Part shown: positions 24,150-37,600 of the stretch, one piece after another
How positions within the stretch are numbered: position 1 is the stretch's first letter
Layout of the letters: every line of letters begins with the position of its first letter
Assembly: GCA_030265395.1 (NCBI GenBank)
Contig: JARFYF010000084.1
Location: 59,398,680-59,462,679, forward strand
Source of the DNA: Rhina ancylostomus
Taxonomy: Eukaryota
DNA: 64,000 nucleotides
Reading direction: 5' to 3'
Program-made: the position numbers and the translations under genes
The notes under the pieces: generated by a model
The model's database searches: none
What the model saw: only the letters and a program-made list of their open reading frames with translations
What the model was told of the DNA's origin: nothing

Positions 24150-25620
24150 AAAAGCCCCTTAACTCCATCAATTGAGAGGGTCTGGAGAATCCTACTTAAA
24201 TTTGACAGCTCTCAGAAACTCACCTCCATCATTCGTCGGCAACATTCTAACCAATGTGACATCTATCTCTCATGCTTTCCTCATTTTTTTTTTCTTGCTG
24301 CAATACTGCACCTCACTTCCAAAAGGCTTCCCGCTTGAGTGGAACAAATACATTGGACGAATGGAAAATTTTCCAACTGACGTTGCCTCCACTCCAGAAT
24401 CAGGATCATCCCAGCATCAGTGATAGAGCTGCAACTCACTGACAATATGTGGGAGGGTGGGCCTTACGCTTAACTTCTGCAAAACAAAGCCCTGTAGTTC
24501 CTGACATTATGGATCCACGACAAAACCCTGGAAAATATGAACCCCTTCTCATATATCAGGAGCCAACTCTTGATAAAGGCAGATGATGGCGATGAAATTC
24601 ATGACGGCCTCCACTGCACCAGCACAGCCCTTGGCAATATGAGGAAAATGTTGAAGATCAAAACCTCAAACCTTGCACAAAGCTCACGACAGCAGTAATC
24701 CCTGCCCTCCTAAATGCTTCCGAGAGATGGACTACCTACAGCAGAGCACCTCAAGTAACTGGAGAGGTACCACCAACAGTGTATCCACGAAATTCTCCAA
24801 GTCCCTTGGATCAATTAACCATCATTAGTACCCTCCTCCAGGACAACTTCTCAGGACTGAGATTCTGATTACCAGAGTTTTGAAACATGCACTTTACTCC
24901 AAGTTCTGTCAAGAAATTATCAGAGCAAGTGATTCAAAAATGTTGTCATAGCCTCCTTGAAAATGTGTAACATTGCCACTGACTCGCGGGAATCTCTGGA
25001 ATCCCTGGCCCATAACCACTACAAATTCCAAAGGCACATTCCAGATGGCGCTGAGAACTTCAGGTTGGGAGTACATGGAAATTCAGAATAATAGGTGGAA
25101 AGAGAACAATATCTCCCATGTTTATTTACTTATTATAACAGAGAAGAAGGCCATTCAGCCCATCAGGGCTATGCCAACTTCGAGCAAAGCAATTACAAGT
25201 CCCCCCTTCTTATTTCCCTGAACCCTTTCAACATTCTCTCTTACTTGTCCGTCAGCTTTCCTTTGATTCTTTGTGCTACTTACCTTTGCTCTGGGTAATT
25301 CACAGTAGCTGTTCCTTTGGGAAATAGGAGGAAAACTAGAGCATCCCACAGAAATCCATGCAATCACAGGGAGAACATGCAAACTCCACATAGGCAACAC
25401 CCAAGGTCAGGAATGAACCCGAGCTGTTAGAAGGAGTTGTGAGGCAGCAGAGCTAAATGCTGCATCACCATCCTTCATCACTTGTCCCTTCAAGCACCTT
25501 CTCCATAGAATCTGCAGGTCCCACACTAGCCTCATTGGTCACATCAGAATCCACAAAACTGGAGTGTAAATAAGTCACCCTCAACCCCGAGGGACTGCCT
25601 AGGAAGAAGACGAAATTGCT
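24150..25620 (+). mobile_element. Degenerate RTE (BovB-like) LINE split by a SINE
   Basis: Decayed RT C-terminal motifs (GLTLN, DDEIH, LERYHQQC), a C-terminal zinc-finger-like segment and a gaagaaga tail. Confidence 0.6.
25135..25470 (-). mobile_element. tRNA-derived SINE (HE1-like) with a CR1-derived tail
   Basis: Antisense B-box (gaacccgag), core gtgtggagtttgcatgttctccctgtga, CR1-like 3' end; same family at 44040-44345 and 54525-54825. Confidence 0.8.
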
Positions 25621-25699
25621 GAAATCCTCATACATGCCTGCTTGTTTGGTACCTTTATTCTTAGCATTTCAATACACACTTTCTATAAATGTGATAACC

Positions 25700-26100
25700 T
25701 AAAATTCTGCTGTCAATACCCTAATTTTCCCCAAAACTTACTCACCATTTGCCATTGTGCTCGGTCACTTATATTGATTCCTAATTAAGCAATGATAACA
25801 GCTTACATTCTCCTCCAACGCTATAATCCCACAAGATCTCGGCATTCATTGAATTCTCGACTCTAGAGCATTCCTAATTTTAATTACTCCACCACTGGCA
25901 TCATATTTTCAGCTGCCAAAGCCTTCATTGCAATTTCTTCTTTGAATTTCTTTGTTTCCTTCTCTCACCTTCCTCCTTTAACACCACTAACACCAACACA
26001 TCTACTCTAAAAGGAGGTTCATTTTCAAATATGCTTGATAATGTTTTTTTTCTGAAGGTGCCTTGGTAGTTTTAGCTATGTTAAAGATCCACTTAAATAT
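25700..26100 (+). mobile_element. L2 3' fragment
   Basis: ctcacc..tgtgctc..acttatattgattcc..ttcagctgccaaagcc, typical L2 3' sequence. Confidence 0.5.
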
Positions 26101-26202
26101 AATGCAAAAAACAAACTGCTGGAGGAACTCAGCAGGTCAGGCAGCATCTGTGGAGGGAAATGAACAGTTGATGTTTCGGGTTGACACCCTTCATCTGGAC
26201 TC
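26101..26202 (-). mobile_element. Solo Penelope pseudo-LTR fragment
   Basis: ctgctggaggaactcagcaggtcaggcagcatctgtggag, near-identical to 17133-17172. Confidence 0.8.
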
Positions 26203-28049
26203 CATTTAAATACAAGTTGTTATTGTCTTATTACAGAAGACTTTATTTAGCAGCCTGTTCGTAATCACAATCACGAGCCAAGCAGGATATAAAAACTGAA
26301 GGTAATATGCAAATCCGTTGCAAATTCAATGTAACTCTACATATAGAGAAAGCTCAGCCAGTCCCTCACATCTGAAATCTATATTTGTAAAGACGGCATG
26401 AGCTGAATAATCAAACATTTCACAAAATGTTCACTGGGAGCATTTTAAGGGAAGTATACATACACACTTAGTATCATTCACAGCCTATGAACAGGCATTA
26501 TTTATTTGGATTGCTTTATGTATAATACAGCAAAACAGGTTTTGAACAATGCTGACTTTGAACAGTATATAGTTCTCTACAGAGATTTTCAAGTTTAATC
26601 TTTTGACTATACATATCAATAAAATAGTTATGGGTGTGCATCAATGTCAGCATCTACCTATTTTAGTGAAGCGGACTTACATTACCAGATCCAAAACAAA
26701 CATCATTATCTCCAACAATTCCTTACACTTAGCAAGCATGTTTAATGTAAAATGATATCCTCAGTCAATCACAGAAACAAGAATTAAGGAGGTGCTTCAC
26801 TAAAGATGGAAATATCATGAAGAGTGGTGAAAACATTAGTCAATGAGTAAGATTTTCAGAAGTTTTTATCTGATTGCCTTTTTGAAATGAATTACTAAAT
26901 CAGCTTTCATCACTCTTCCAGCCAATTACAGATCATTAACAACTTAATAAAATTCCTCCTTCTTTCACCTCTGATTCTTTAACCAATTAAAAGGCAATTA
27001 TTGGAAGTGACATTTGATAAAGAAACTGTGAAAGAAAGAAACCAATTGTTATCAGGATTCATATCAATATGGAGGTATTGTAATGCAATTGTTTATGCAC
27101 TCAGTTATGATTTCTTTCTCTGTTTACTCAACAGTTCCTCCTCATGTTTATGACACATGGTCTTCTGTCTCTGAAAACATTGCTAGACTTGGAAGAAGAG
27201 GCACGTCACACGTACTTCCTGATAAACACAGTCATTTGATGAATGGTTATCAACCCTGCTTCTTCTCTTATTGAAGCAGCCTGAATCCTTGAATATTTTC
27301 TGTTTTAGGATCAGTCACCTACTGTATGGCTCCATGGACTGAGTGACAGCTCCACTAATGAATTTTTAAAGCTGTTGTCAGTGTGAAAGTACCAAGAAAT
27401 CCTTGATAGGAAATTAATGCTGACTGAGGACTCTTACCTAAAGTATGTAATGCAGCAGTTGATGCAGGGATAATTGGTATGGGTGATTAGAATTCTTCTC
27501 CGAATCTTCTCCCTTCTTCCCTCTATTTTCAATGGCAATTTAATTGTAATTGCAATAACTCAAGTGACTAGCATTGTGTTCCAAGGGAATACATTGTCTT
27601 AAATAAAAGCCAGCACCAATTGCTATTAAGAGCCGTATGACATGACTAAAAACTATCCAACATGATTGGAAAAGTATTGTACATTGTTGTAACATAAATA
27701 TTTACAGCAGAAAAGCAATACTATATGGATATGTTCTCAAAATGTACAAATGATGGGAGTATGAGAAAGGTGCACATGCATTTTATGGATTTCTGCATTT
27801 TCCTTTGCATCTTTATAAAGATGCAAAATGTGCACACTTGCTTCAATCAAACAGATGGTAGTGGAGAGGCATGGGGTGAATAATCACAGAGTAACTACAG
27901 TTCGTGTCTTAAAGTATGAACCCTGCCAAGGTTTATATGGCAGTTTATTACATTGGGATAAGTGGATCCAAACATTACATCAGGCATGTCATTGATGCAT
28001 TTTTATGTTTCTGACCTGCTGATGTCCTGACGCCACCACAAAAGTGAAG

Positions 28050-29560
28050 ACTTCCTCACTCTGATGCTGGTATCTGACCCTCAACATCCTGATTCATTTC
28101 CTCATGAATTTTGGTTTGCTCAACAATCATCATCATGTTACATTCCCTTGTTCTTGATCCCTCTGGCAACGGAAAAAGTTTCTCTCTATTTACTCGCTCT
28201 ACACCCTTCATAGTTTTAAATACCACTATCCGATCCCTTTGCAATTTCTTCTGTTCCAAGGGAAACAACTCCAGCTTCTCCAGTCTATCCACTTAAATGA
28301 AGTACCCTCATTCCTGGAATCAGTTTCCAAAAGTGTGGCACCCAGTACTGGGCACAAGTATTCTAGTTCTGGCTGGATAGTCTGTTGTAAAGATTTATCA
28401 TGATTTCCCAGCTCTCATATTCTATGCCTCTTTTTACAAAGCTCTGTTTGCTTTTTAAGTAATTTCTCAACCTTCCCAGTAACTTTCAATGAGCTATGCA
28501 CTAATACCCACAGATCACTCTTTTCTTGTACCACTTTAGAATTGTGCTCTCTAGTTTACATAGCTATTTCTCATTCTTTCCGATTAGAAATATAACATCC
28601 CATTTTTCAGCATTAAATCTCATTCTCTGGGTATCCATTCATTTCATCAACCTGTCTCTGTCTCTTAAGAGTATATTACTATCCTCCTAACAATTCACTA
28701 TGCCTCCAAGTTTTGCATCATCTATAAATTTGGAAATTCTGCCCTGCACACCCAAGTTCAAGTCATTAATATGTATTAAGAAAAGCAATAGTCCTGAGGG
28801 AACCTTGGGGAATGGACCTCAGGGAAATTTACTGTGCAACTCCATCCATCTGAAAAACAATCTTTCATTACTACTTTGTTTCCTGTTTTTAGTCAGTTTT
28901 CTATCCATGCTGAACAGCCATTTCATTCCATGGTCTTCAGTCTTGGTGATAAGCCTATTATGTGGCATCTCATCAACTGTATTTCTTTAATATATCTTCT
29001 CTGTTACTTTATCAAAAAAACTCTAAGATCATATACTGTTTGACATAAAAATGTATCATTGTTTCCTCACCTCTGAGTCAAAATCCTGAAACCTTCTACC
29101 TAATAGCCCTCCGAGACTACCTTGGCACATGGAATGCAGAGATTCAAAAAAGCAGCTCACCACCATCTTCTCAAGGGATGGGAATTACATGCTTTTCTTG
29201 TCAGGAACTCCCACATCTAATGAATAAATAAAAAAAATAGCTTGCCAAGCTGAAAATTATCCATTTATTCCTATTCTGTGCTTTCTGTTGCTTAATCTAC
29301 CATCTATCCAAGCTACCATACTATTCCCAGGCCTCATAGCTCATAAAAGAATGTTTCATGTGATGCCATATTGAATATCTTTTGAAAATCCAAATATAGC
29401 ATACTGATTCCTCTTTATCTGCCCTACTGGTTACAGCTTCAGCATATTCTGTTCTATTTGTCAAATGCAGTTTCACTTTATAAAATCAAATGATGATCTT
29501 GCTGCCACTTCCTCATTAATGGAGTCCTGCATTTGCCTGATTACTGGTATCAAGCTAACT
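28050..29560 (-). mobile_element. Old CR1 ORF2 fragment(s)
   Basis: DRLEKLELFPLEQKKLQRD..FKTMKG..REKLFPL; antisense KFIDDAKLGG near 28700. Confidence 0.75.
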
Positions 29561-31814
29561 TAAATCCCCTGAAGGCTTTGGAACAAGGAAGACCTCATAA
29601 ATGTAACCTTCATGAAGTTAAAGAGAATACAACATTAAAAACAAGGGCCATTTTTAACATTGGAAAAATGAATCACTCCTATTAAAAATATTATTAATAG
29701 GAGTGGCGTGGTCTTCACCTCTCTACTTAGGTTATGTACAGAGTTCTGTTTCTCCCCAGTTTGACCATAGTACAAACATGAGTATGACTAAACACTCCCC
29801 CATTACGAACCGTAGGGTTTCAGCATCATCTTTGCAGTAACAAAACTCAGTATAACTAGTGGTCATTGTGGGTAAATGAAATTGGAACTACTAATGAGGC
29901 TAACATTTGGGAGAAATTCTTGACTTTTTTACAGCATAATCCTGACAGCAGGAGCTAGCATTAATGGCTGATGCAAAAGTGGGTTTCCAAGACTACCAAC
30001 AGATACTTTTTATATCTGTCAGTACTACTTCCTTTATCCTTCTTTGTAGGTGTCCTTAACCTCTCAGTAGTTTGCCGGCTAATTTCATGCTTTATTAGCG
30101 AATCCTTGCATCGAGCAAAGCAGCAGCCATCTGATCAGTCTGAGCAAGGCGCCATGACTGACAAGCAGTCATTTTATCTGACCTTTGTAAAACCCCAGCA
30201 TGACCTCAGGGGAAAGGACGGCATCTTGCATTCCTCTTGTGGTCTCTTGTCATTCACAATAAATAGTTAATGAACAGTATGAGTCATTAAACAATACTCA
30301 CCTACAACAAGCAATAGACAATGACACATCATTATTATTGTGGCATTTGAATATACAAACTGACCATTTAATTTGGTCAATTATTATATAGCTACTTACA
30401 AAGATATCCCTTTTATTTCAAACCCTACAGAGAATCTTATTATATTTAATTAACTTGGAGGTGGTAACCATCCTTAGCTTAATTAAACCTTACCTTAAAT
30501 TGTGCTCAATTACATTCCTAGCTATACAGTAAATAACAACATATTTTTCTCACCATATTGTTTCTCTTGAACGTGTTAAATTCTTGCTGGGGTAGAGAAC
30601 TCTAGGTGCTCTCTGACTCACATAGCGATAAGTAATGCATTAATCTCCATAGTAATTGAAACAAAGAAACTTACAGTGTAAAACAATTCAACTGCTTTGC
30701 TTATTCCCCATGTACTTTGTATTTTCCTGCTTCATGTCTCTGTCCCAACTATCTTCTCTGGTAATGAATCCCATAGTCTAGCCACTGTCCATAAATAAAT
30801 TTCCCTCAGACTTTTCTTATTCTCCATTTGGGAGTTCCTTCTTCTCTGACTCCCATCAACTGGAAATTTCTCTCTTCATTCCATAGTAATCCTTCAGTAT
30901 TTCAAAACCTGTATTAAATGCCTTTTTCTATAGTGAAAAATATTCCTGTACCTTTATTCTCTCCTTACAACTATAGTTTATTATGCTGGTACTGTCATTC
31001 AGTTGATGAATTTTTATTAGATATTCCAGATCGTTAGGTGTGATCACAAATTTCCTGGATTGACACCATTTTTCTCACCACAGCTGTGTCAACTAAAAAA
31101 AATTGGCACAGATAAATCTGTTTAAATTATTCAGTTCAGAGTAATTGATTGAAGTAAAATAGTTGTTTTTCTTGTTAATTTTAATTCCTAAATGCATTAA
31201 ACCCTTCTTCTCATTGAATGTTGATTTATTGTATAATTGCATAGAATTCATCTCCAGTAGTATTGTGAAACATGCTATATGATAGCAGCACCACGTAGCC
31301 TTCCCCTGAAATTGATTTCCATTGACTTGAATAGAATGAACTGGAGGCAGAGTACTGTGTACTGATACGGCCATTATTGTCCACTAAGCGATACTACGAA
31401 TTGTCAACCAAGAGATTGCATAGTATAGGAGACTGAAATGTCTGCACGTGAACCTAACAGAAGAGTGGGAAAGCTATTAATTTAGAATCATTTGCAGTCC
31501 TAAAAGATCTTATGGAGGATTCTCATTACACTGATACAATTAATAAAATGGAAGATTGAAAACAGCCAGAAAGATGATGCAGAAGCCAACACTGCTCTTT
31601 TTGTAGGCTTCCATCTATAATCGTAGATCAGTCCCTGATAAGATCAGAGCATTTCCATTTGCATATTAAATGGCCCCAGCTCCTTCAGCAACCCATCCCA
31701 CTTCCTTCTTCCGGATGTTCTGCTCACAAATAGTTTAAGAATGGTCCACCGGGCAGCAGGTTCAGAAGTGTTAAGTTACTGCCATCATTTTGGCTGCCTC
31801 CTCACTTAGATAAC

Positions 31815-32120
31815 ATTGAGAGTCACGGAGTCATAGAGTGTCACAGCACAGAAATGTGGCCCCCACCGCAACCAGGCCAATCTTCTTGCCCACCTACACT
31901 AATCTGATTTTCCTGCATCAGGACCTTATCGTTCTATGCCTTGACTATTTAAGTATCTGTCTTAAATGCATCTTAAAAGTGGTAATTGTATCTGATTCCA
32001 CCACCTTCTCTGACAGTTCATTCCAGAGATATCAGCCACTCTCTGTGTAAAAAAAGAACCCCAGAGATTCTCTTTTAAAGTCCTTCCTCTTACCTTAAAC
32101 CTATGCCATCTTGTTTTTGA
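31815..32120 (-). mobile_element. CR1 3' fragment
   Basis: (agagtcat)n tail, ccaccaccttctctgacag, cttaaacctatgcc. Confidence 0.8.
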
Positions 32121-32499
32121 TATTTATTTTCTTCATAGTTCTGTTTAGTATTGATTTTGTTACCTTTTTAATATTAACTCTTTAAAAATATCTTATTTTA
32201 TATGTATAAATCTTGGATTGATCTCATTTCCAGCTTATGAAAATGTTTTTTTTTCTTTTATTGCATTCACATTCAATTATCTATTGTTGAATTCTCCTGC
32301 CCAATCAAGAACTCACAGAAAATTCTATTCTACTCTATTTACTCATAAACACTCCATCTTACCAATACACTGAAGCAAGCTGTCTACAGAGTCTAACTAA
32401 AGAGTTTCTGTGAACTATAACAAACACCTGAACAAAATTACAGCAACTCTTTCTTGATAAAAACACAATGATTTCTTCAGTAAAGTGCAATAAGTGGTA

Positions 32500-32690
32500 G
32501 ATAGTTATATAACTCAAATGGTACTCGCATAACACTTAAAAAGCATTTGGCTAAGCACTTGAATTGCCAAGACATAGAAAACAATGAACAAAATGTGGGT
32601 AACTGAGACTAGTATAAATAAATTCAATGGTCAGAATGGGCATAGTGGACAGAAGGGCCTATTTCTGCTTTGTTTAACTGTGTGGTTCTA
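32500..32690 (+). mobile_element. CR1 3' fragment
   Basis: aagcatttggctaagcacttgaa..gaagggcct, CR1 3' UTR. Confidence 0.65.
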
Positions 32691-34486
32691 TAAATGCACA
32701 AAATCAAATGTCATTTATAGCAGTGCACTCTGCTGGCATGATTAATAGTGGAATTACACAATAATCTTCATTCTGGCCAGAAATCTTCATGTCACTGTTT
32801 GAAGCTAATATTCTTCTGAGGGGGCACTACTTCAAAGCATTATCTTGACTTCATTTGAAATTCACAAATAGACACTTCTGGAATGAGGAGAAGTTCTGGC
32901 TGAATTGCCTCTGTCTAACCCAGGGCAACTGAGAATGTTTCCAACTAGGTTTGGCAGAGGTGAGTTTAATTCAGCACAGTGACTGAATTTGGGAAGCTCT
33001 TCCATTTATATGACTCCATTAATCACAGGGTACAGTTGTCATTGAGGGAATGCTATTCTTATTTTTAAGAAACATTTCCTAAGAGTGGTTAATCATAAAT
33101 TGTCATCAGTTGTCCCTAAGAGGTCTTCTGCAATCTGAACAGTTTCCCATTGTTATTAAAAGTACCTTGACAGAAGTACTAAATATTCTTGATTATATCC
33201 TGGCGTTCTGCAGCAATGTATATGATATGTTACTCTAATTTAGTTATAGCTGTAGATCTCCAGGACTGTTGCACAAGATGTGCCAGTCATTTTAAAGGCA
33301 CAGGAGTTTTATGCTGCAGTTTATTACCAAAGACTTTTGTTTGTTTTGGGTGAGCTGGAATGTGGGTATATTAGATGGAGCCCCAGTAGCAGTCCCAGCT
33401 AAGATGATGTCTTAGCATCTTCTCGTGGTTTTGATTTCTGTGAAGATCTCGGGGCTTAGGAGCAATGGGAATAAATTATAAGGTTTTAGAACAACTGGAG
33501 AGGAACATCATAGTAGGTTTTGAAAGAAGGATGTTTGGACCTGGGAGGACCAGACAGGTTGACAGCCTTAGGGTCAGAACGTTGAAGACAATCTGAGATC
33601 AGGACTAACTGGGGATCTAATTTAAGGATTCAGAAGTACTGACAGAATCTCCAATGATCTGGCAGTGATGGAGGGCAGGACAAAAAAGGTCTGGGACATA
33701 TGGATTTGAAGTCCCGGAACTGAATTTCAGAAGTGGACTGCAAAATATATTGTGTATGAATTGCTATGTTGTGTGAAAAGTGCATGTCGCTGAGGAAAAA
33801 AAAATCCCACAGATTAGTGGGCTGAAATTACATTTCTACAATAGGTGTTCCTATTGTGAGCCAAGAAAAAAAATTGCACAATATCACTATTACTAAGTTT
33901 ATCAACTTCTATAGATGAGAAGGCAAATAGCAGACCTTAAACAGCTGCTGGGCAATGAATCCCAGGGTTCAAAAACCCAGGCCTCCTGCCCTGTGGTCAC
34001 TTTACATGCACAAGGATGAAAGGAATGGTCCTTACTTACCAATCAATCCTCACAGCTGCTGATAAGAGTATGCAGAATCCAGGGGCAAAGTCAGCCCTAC
34101 TTCACTATTCTCATAAAGGTGATGCAATGGGGAGAGAATTTAACATTGTGCAATAGTGTAAACTGGCAAGTATCAAAATGGGAGCCTGCGTTACATCTCA
34201 CCCAATTGTCCTCTCACTGACTACATTGGAAAATCAGGAGAGGTGGAAAATGAGTTATCAGTTCTCTATCATCTAATTTACACAGAATCGGAGAAGCACA
34301 GGAAGGTTGGAGTACAGAGGGAGGCCATTTAATGCATGAATGAACAATCTAGCTAATCTCATTCCCCACCTTCTCCTCATAGCCTTGTATTTTTTCTCTT
34401 TCAAGTAGTCATTCAGTCCCCTATCATACAAGTGTAAAGAGTCACATCTCATCTCATTTCACAACCAGCTGACTAATCACCATTAT

Positions 34487-34640
34487 AAAAACAGAAAATA
34501 CTGGAAACACTCAGCAGGTTAGGCAGCTTCTGTGGAAACAGAAACAGTTAATGTTTCTTGAAAGGTCTGGGACCTGAAACATTAACTGTTTCTTTTTCCA
34601 TAGATGCCTGCTGAGTGTTTTTAGCGTTTTCTGTTTTTAT
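34487..34640. mobile_element. Palindromic mini-element formed from two inverted Penelope pseudo-LTR ends
   Basis: aaaacagaaaa..aaacactcagcagg..gaaacagttaatgtttc mirrored by gaaacattaactgtttc..cctgctgagtgttt..ttttctgtttt. Confidence 0.8.
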
Positions 34641-37600
34641 TTCAAATTTCCAACACCAGTAGTTTTTTAAAATTTTCATTCACTGATTATTGTTGTCCTT
34701 TTATGATTTTACAACCACCACGTCTATCCCTGAAATATTGAGAAAAGTAAAATAGCTACAAGGATATCTCCATCATAAAGCCGTGACCTTAAAATATTTA
34801 TACTATGTCTGCTCTTCCATGCAGCAGAGNNNNNNNNNNNNNNNNNNNNNNNNNNNNNNNNNNNNNNNNNNNNNNNNNNNNNNNNNNNNNNNNNNNNNNN
34901 NNNNNNNNNNNNNNNNNNNNNNNNNNNNNCAGCAGAGCTGAATTGCTTTCAGCTTCTATCACTTTGCAATTGATAGGAAGAAATACAAGAATGAGTCTGT
35001 GTGAGCAGGTTATTAGTATATTTTTTCCTTCCTCTTTTTGGGGAAATTCCTGGATGATGACTGGAATTTCATTGAACCAGCTAAATGAAACTGAGAAATC
35101 ATTCTGTTGGGAATCTCAGAAAAAAATATTGTATTCCTGAAAGCAATTGATTATCACAAAATCCTACTTTGCCTCAGGACTGAAATACTGATGTAATTTA
35201 ACCCAGACATCACTTGCAATCTCTCTGAGCTGTGGCAGTGCTGTGCCTTTGGTTTATTTGACATAGTATTCTGTAGTGAAAAAAATTAGAGGCAGTGAGT
35301 TTTAAACATTTCTGAGCCAAATTTGCCTAGAAGGTATTTGCTTTTAAACACAGACCGATCTGGGTTGAGATTCTGTAGGCCGCTAAAGGACAACTAATAT
35401 ATCAGAGGCAATCAGATCGGAAATGGTTTCTTTCAGAGACCAAACAAAAGAGAAATCATTAACAATATGTTGTCATTCAAGAAGACATTAACACCTTGGG
35501 ATTGATCTGTGGTTCAAACTCTTTTGATCTGTGGTTCAGAACTACACAAAAAAGGGGAAAAGTGCAAAAAAGGCAGAGCAGGTGGCTGTAAGAGGAGAAC
35601 CTTTAATCTTGTCAGATAGGAAGAAAGTAAGTTCCTATTTTTTTGCTTACTGAAGCAGTGTGACATGTATTTTATTTCTAAAGCAAATTACACTGACTAA
35701 AACAATTAGATTTCTGCATCCTCAGTATTTTGCATATTTTCCCTACTATGTAATAAAACATCTTAAAAATCAAGCTGCAGTTTGTCTCACCAAGCCTTTG
35801 TCCAGTTCACATCCAGAGAAATTGAAGCAGTACCCATGGAGATTCAATTCAGAATACAAGGACATTTCACTGTTGCAATCCCTGCTCCTATGTCCACAGC
35901 TGTAGATACGTAGCAGTCAATTTCCAAAAGAGTTCCTATCAAATGATATAAGGGAGAAGGTGACACCTCTGAAATTAAGAACCTTCCCATTGCAGTCCAG
36001 AATTCACAGCATTACATAGCAACGGAGTATATTAATATCTAGGTGCTAGGTCTACCTGTCACAGTCATTGTAATTATTTTAAAGTGATTTGAATTGAGAC
36101 AAAACTTGATGGGACACAATAATAGAAATGATGAAGGAATGAAGAATATATCAAAACAAATATCTCCGGATGTATTATGGCCCATGTATGACTTGAATCT
36201 TGCATGTTATAGGAAGGACTGAGAACTTGTATTATTAACCTCACATTCAAAGCACATTAACTGCTGCAAATGTGAATTAATGACAGCACAGTAAACCCCG
36301 CTTTGCATCTGGGACCCCATCAATGTCAGACTTAATGATCCATCTACTCTAATATAAGAACTTCTAAAATATTTTAGCCCTATACAATTACAATTCCTTA
36401 TACAATTTCAGCCCTATACAATTTCAAATCCTGATAGTAAAGGCTGACATACTATTTGCTCTGTTAATCATCTTTCACATCTATTTGATAGTCATTATTT
36501 TCTTCATGAGCCTTTTAAGAGAACCTATTATGGCTATTTGTAACTTTTTTGTTCCTGTCTTCCCTTAAACAAGAATCCTTTAACTTTCCTTTGCCATGCC
36601 GCTCTCTATCAGAGAGCACATCAGAAGTTCTCACTCTCTGCAAAAATATTGACTCCCTTCCTTATATGTGAAATCTCTCTGCCTCCTCAATTTCTGAGAT
36701 TCATAACTTGATCTAGATGAGTTGGTTATACTTCCCATTGATGTGATTGCCCAAGGCAGCACAGAGTGCTTGAAAATCCAATACATTACTGTCCATTCCT
36801 GTGTTGTTATTTTTATATTTGCTTAGTGTTTTGTTTTAAAGTTTTTAGCAAATATTCAATTATATCAGCTGGTTCATTTATTAACTCCATCCCTGGGGCT
36901 TTAATTACCACTCTGACCATATTATTAATTTAGAAGTCTTTTTTTACTTTGTTCCCACATCATTATCCCTGTAATGATCTCTTGGCTAGAGCGATCATTT
37001 TGCTGTTCTGTTCCAACTAAATAACAAAAGATCTTCCTGACACTAGGCAAACTCCATATGGCATTGCAATACTACAATTACAACTTTGAAAAATTCACAT
37101 CCTGTACCATAAACTACCCCATTAGTTGGAATATTTAAATAGAACAATAAAGTTTACGTCATGATCATGCATTTCTGCTGAAGAGTTGCAATTGTTGGCC
37201 CCATCTGTTGCAGCAGATTTAAAATTTGAAAACATTCCACTGGACATCTGGACCACATTCTATCCTCATCATTGGACAGGTTTCATGATTAACTAAAGAC
37301 ATTTAATGTCTGACAACGTACTTCCTCATTTTACAGTCAGACATAATACCTGAAAGTTTTCTCTAGTAGGAATTTATTTTCCAGACATATTTTCATTTTT
37401 TTAAACAAATAAGAGGAAATTATCTGACTGTAAATGTATTTTATGTATTGCTGAGGAATTTACTGATAATGGAATTTGTAACTGAATTTCACTAATAGAA
37501 AACATTATTTTCTCCAAAAATATTGTAGAATGCTATAACCTGTTTTGCCACATTTTCTTGCCTAACTTTCCACAGGTAATTTTACAGATACCTGATTTAT

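Larger units (their letters stand above)
23176..27442 (+). pseudogene. Exon remnants nested in an ADCY10-like intron; CATSPERZ (TEX40)-like (tentative)
   Basis: ATG in Kozak context at 23176 (MAKGNAFLEELVKVKDRVWGKSHDESCETR); strong acceptor at 27135 (PPHVYDTWSSVSENIAR); exon 27309-27442 ttttag..AA|gtatgt (DQSPTVWLHGLSDSSTNEFLKLLSV*KYQEILDRKLMLTEDSYL). No ADCY10 match; resembles recalled CATSPERZ DRQGSDEES..DTR, SSMSSLNIAK and NEALEILT..RSYQLGIGRDHFLTKE. Confidence 0.3.
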
